This document shows, piece by piece, positions 62,457 through 64,000 of a DNA stretch of 64,000 bases; positions within the stretch are counted from its first letter, which is position 1; each line of letters starts with the position of its first letter. Below the pieces are notes generated by a model, which was not told the origin of the DNA, did no database searches, and was given only the letters and a program-made list of their open reading frames with translations. Where the stretch lies: contig JASTWF010000760.1 of the NCBI GenBank assembly GCA_030390025.1, positions 62,001 through 126,000 on the forward strand, written 5' to 3'. This DNA is from Squalus acanthias. Its lineage: Eukaryota. A program made the translations under genes and the position numbers.

Positions 62457-62900
62457 GGTCTCAGAGCGCAGTAATACACGGCGCCGTCTGACAGCTCCGC
62501 CCCAGAAATTGTCAGTCGAACCGCGCTCTCCTCTGCGCTCAGCTCTGCTGTGAAACGGTCCTTGGCGAAGTCAGCTGGGAAGGTGCCGTATTTGGTGATA
62601 AACAACATGTTCACCGGAGGCCGAGCGGGAAGTTGCCGGTACCAGAAAAGCTCAGGGTTTGTATCTGTTGTTTTAAAACTACAATTCAGCGTCACCGCTT
62701 CTCCTTCCCGCACCATCCTGGTCGAATAGTCTTGGTGCACGGAATCGCCGCCAACGCTATTGGCTGGAAGAGAAAATAATCATTTACAAATATCCGCACC
62801 ACTAACCGGACCTATTGGTGTGTTTTCTACTCGGATTCCACATGTACTTACACAGCACAGAGAGCGCCAACACCACACTGAAATAAACAGGGAAATACAT
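62457..62900 (-). CDS. TRAV/TRDV: TCR alpha/delta V segment, apparently functional (leader 62900-62852, V exon 62763-62457)
   Basis: MYFPVYFSVVLALSVL|SNSVGGDSVHQ..LNCSF..WYRQ..DGAVYYCALRP. RSS CACAGCT-23-ACAAAAACT. Confidence 0.93.
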
Positions 62901-64000
62901 CGCTGTCCGCGGGTCACAATATGAGCATCGACCCCTTCTCTGCTGTCGCAAAAACTGCCACCAGTACAGGACCAGGCTGAACTATTGAACCCTGTGACAG
63001 GCATAGAAAGGGAAGTGACCCTGCAACAATGTCACATCCGTTTGGGATAATTTCACGCCATCAGGGAGCGGGGAGAATTGCTCTGGTCACTGTGTGTGCA
63101 GCAACATCCGAAATATTTCAATGGAGATTCCTCTGGTCGGTATTTCCAGGGAAATCATAAACTCTTCCTTTTTGAATAACTGAATTTCACAAAAAACGTA
63201 TTTAAGGTTCATTTAGAGGGAGAACAGAGGGAATCTTCGTGGAACAATGTACCATTCCCCGCACTCAGTGAGCAGAGAAACTATCCCCCTTACTTAGTCA
63301 TTTAGGTCATTGCATGTAGCAGTGGCATTTTACATAGACAGTGTTGAGCTGCCCTTAGCGTTACCCGGGGACAATAAATGAAGTTTGATGCAGCAAATAA
63401 CGACCGAGAGACTAAGGAAATTCGCTCCACGGCGCCACCACTTGGACGGAGCCGGAAACTACATGCTGACTGCTCTCCTTGATCACTGTTACCGCCTCGT
63501 GTCTCTTTAACTCTCCTTCTGAGCTCATGTCATAGAAACATAGAGTCTTACAGCACGGAAGGTGACCTTTGCCCCATCGTGCCTGTGCTGTTAGTGCCAC
63601 TGCCCTGCTCTTTCCCCATAGCCCTGAAAATGTTTCCTTTTCAAGTATATATCAAATTCCATTTTCAAATTCCTTTTTATAGGGAAGGCAGCATCCTACA
63701 CAAGAGTTGCACCAATATATAGAGAGATAATGTGGACCTTTGGTCCGCGGAAATTGCTCGGTCCGCCTCTGTGTGTGTGTGTCTCCCTCAATCTCGATGT
63801 AAAGATGAGAGATAATTATATAGAAAACTGAATAAAAGGAAGACAGAAGGAGGATGTAAAGTTTGGTTTGTAATATTGGAAAATAATGACCGGTTGAAGC
63901 TGGTCCCGGTAACCTCGCCACAAGCAGGCTGTTTAACATCGATTCAATATACCCATTTGAGTTTGTTGTAAAGTGTTTGTGCAACAGAGCAGCAGCAGGT

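Overview
Cartilaginous-fish (shark-type) genomic DNA from a T-cell receptor alpha/delta V-segment array. There are about 11 TRAV/TRDV-type segments in both orientations, each with a 23-spacer RSS where intact, and several are pseudogenes. CR1, RTE and Penelope retroelements, SINEs and minisatellites are interspersed. A single shark-type IgM heavy-chain cluster is embedded in the array on the + strand (16169-36228): leader, VH, one D, JH, Cmu2, Cmu3, Cmu4 with secretory tail, TM1 and TM2, all with open frames and compatible splice phases. Three things make it unusual. (1) No Cmu1 exon is visible in the gap-free 8.1-kb JH-Cmu2 intron, and JH splices in frame to Cmu2. (2) The VH framework 2 reads [14 protein letters not shown] instead of the usual shark WVRQVPGQGLEW, so the light-chain-contact positions 37, 44 and 47 are altered as in camelid VHH. 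(3) The single 29-nt D has 12-RSSs on both sides and looks like a germline-joined D1+D2. Together these suggest a candidate heavy-chain-only IgM sitting inside the TCR alpha/delta locus, whose VH could also serve TCR-delta. Family assignments come from remembered consensus sequences; no database search was run.
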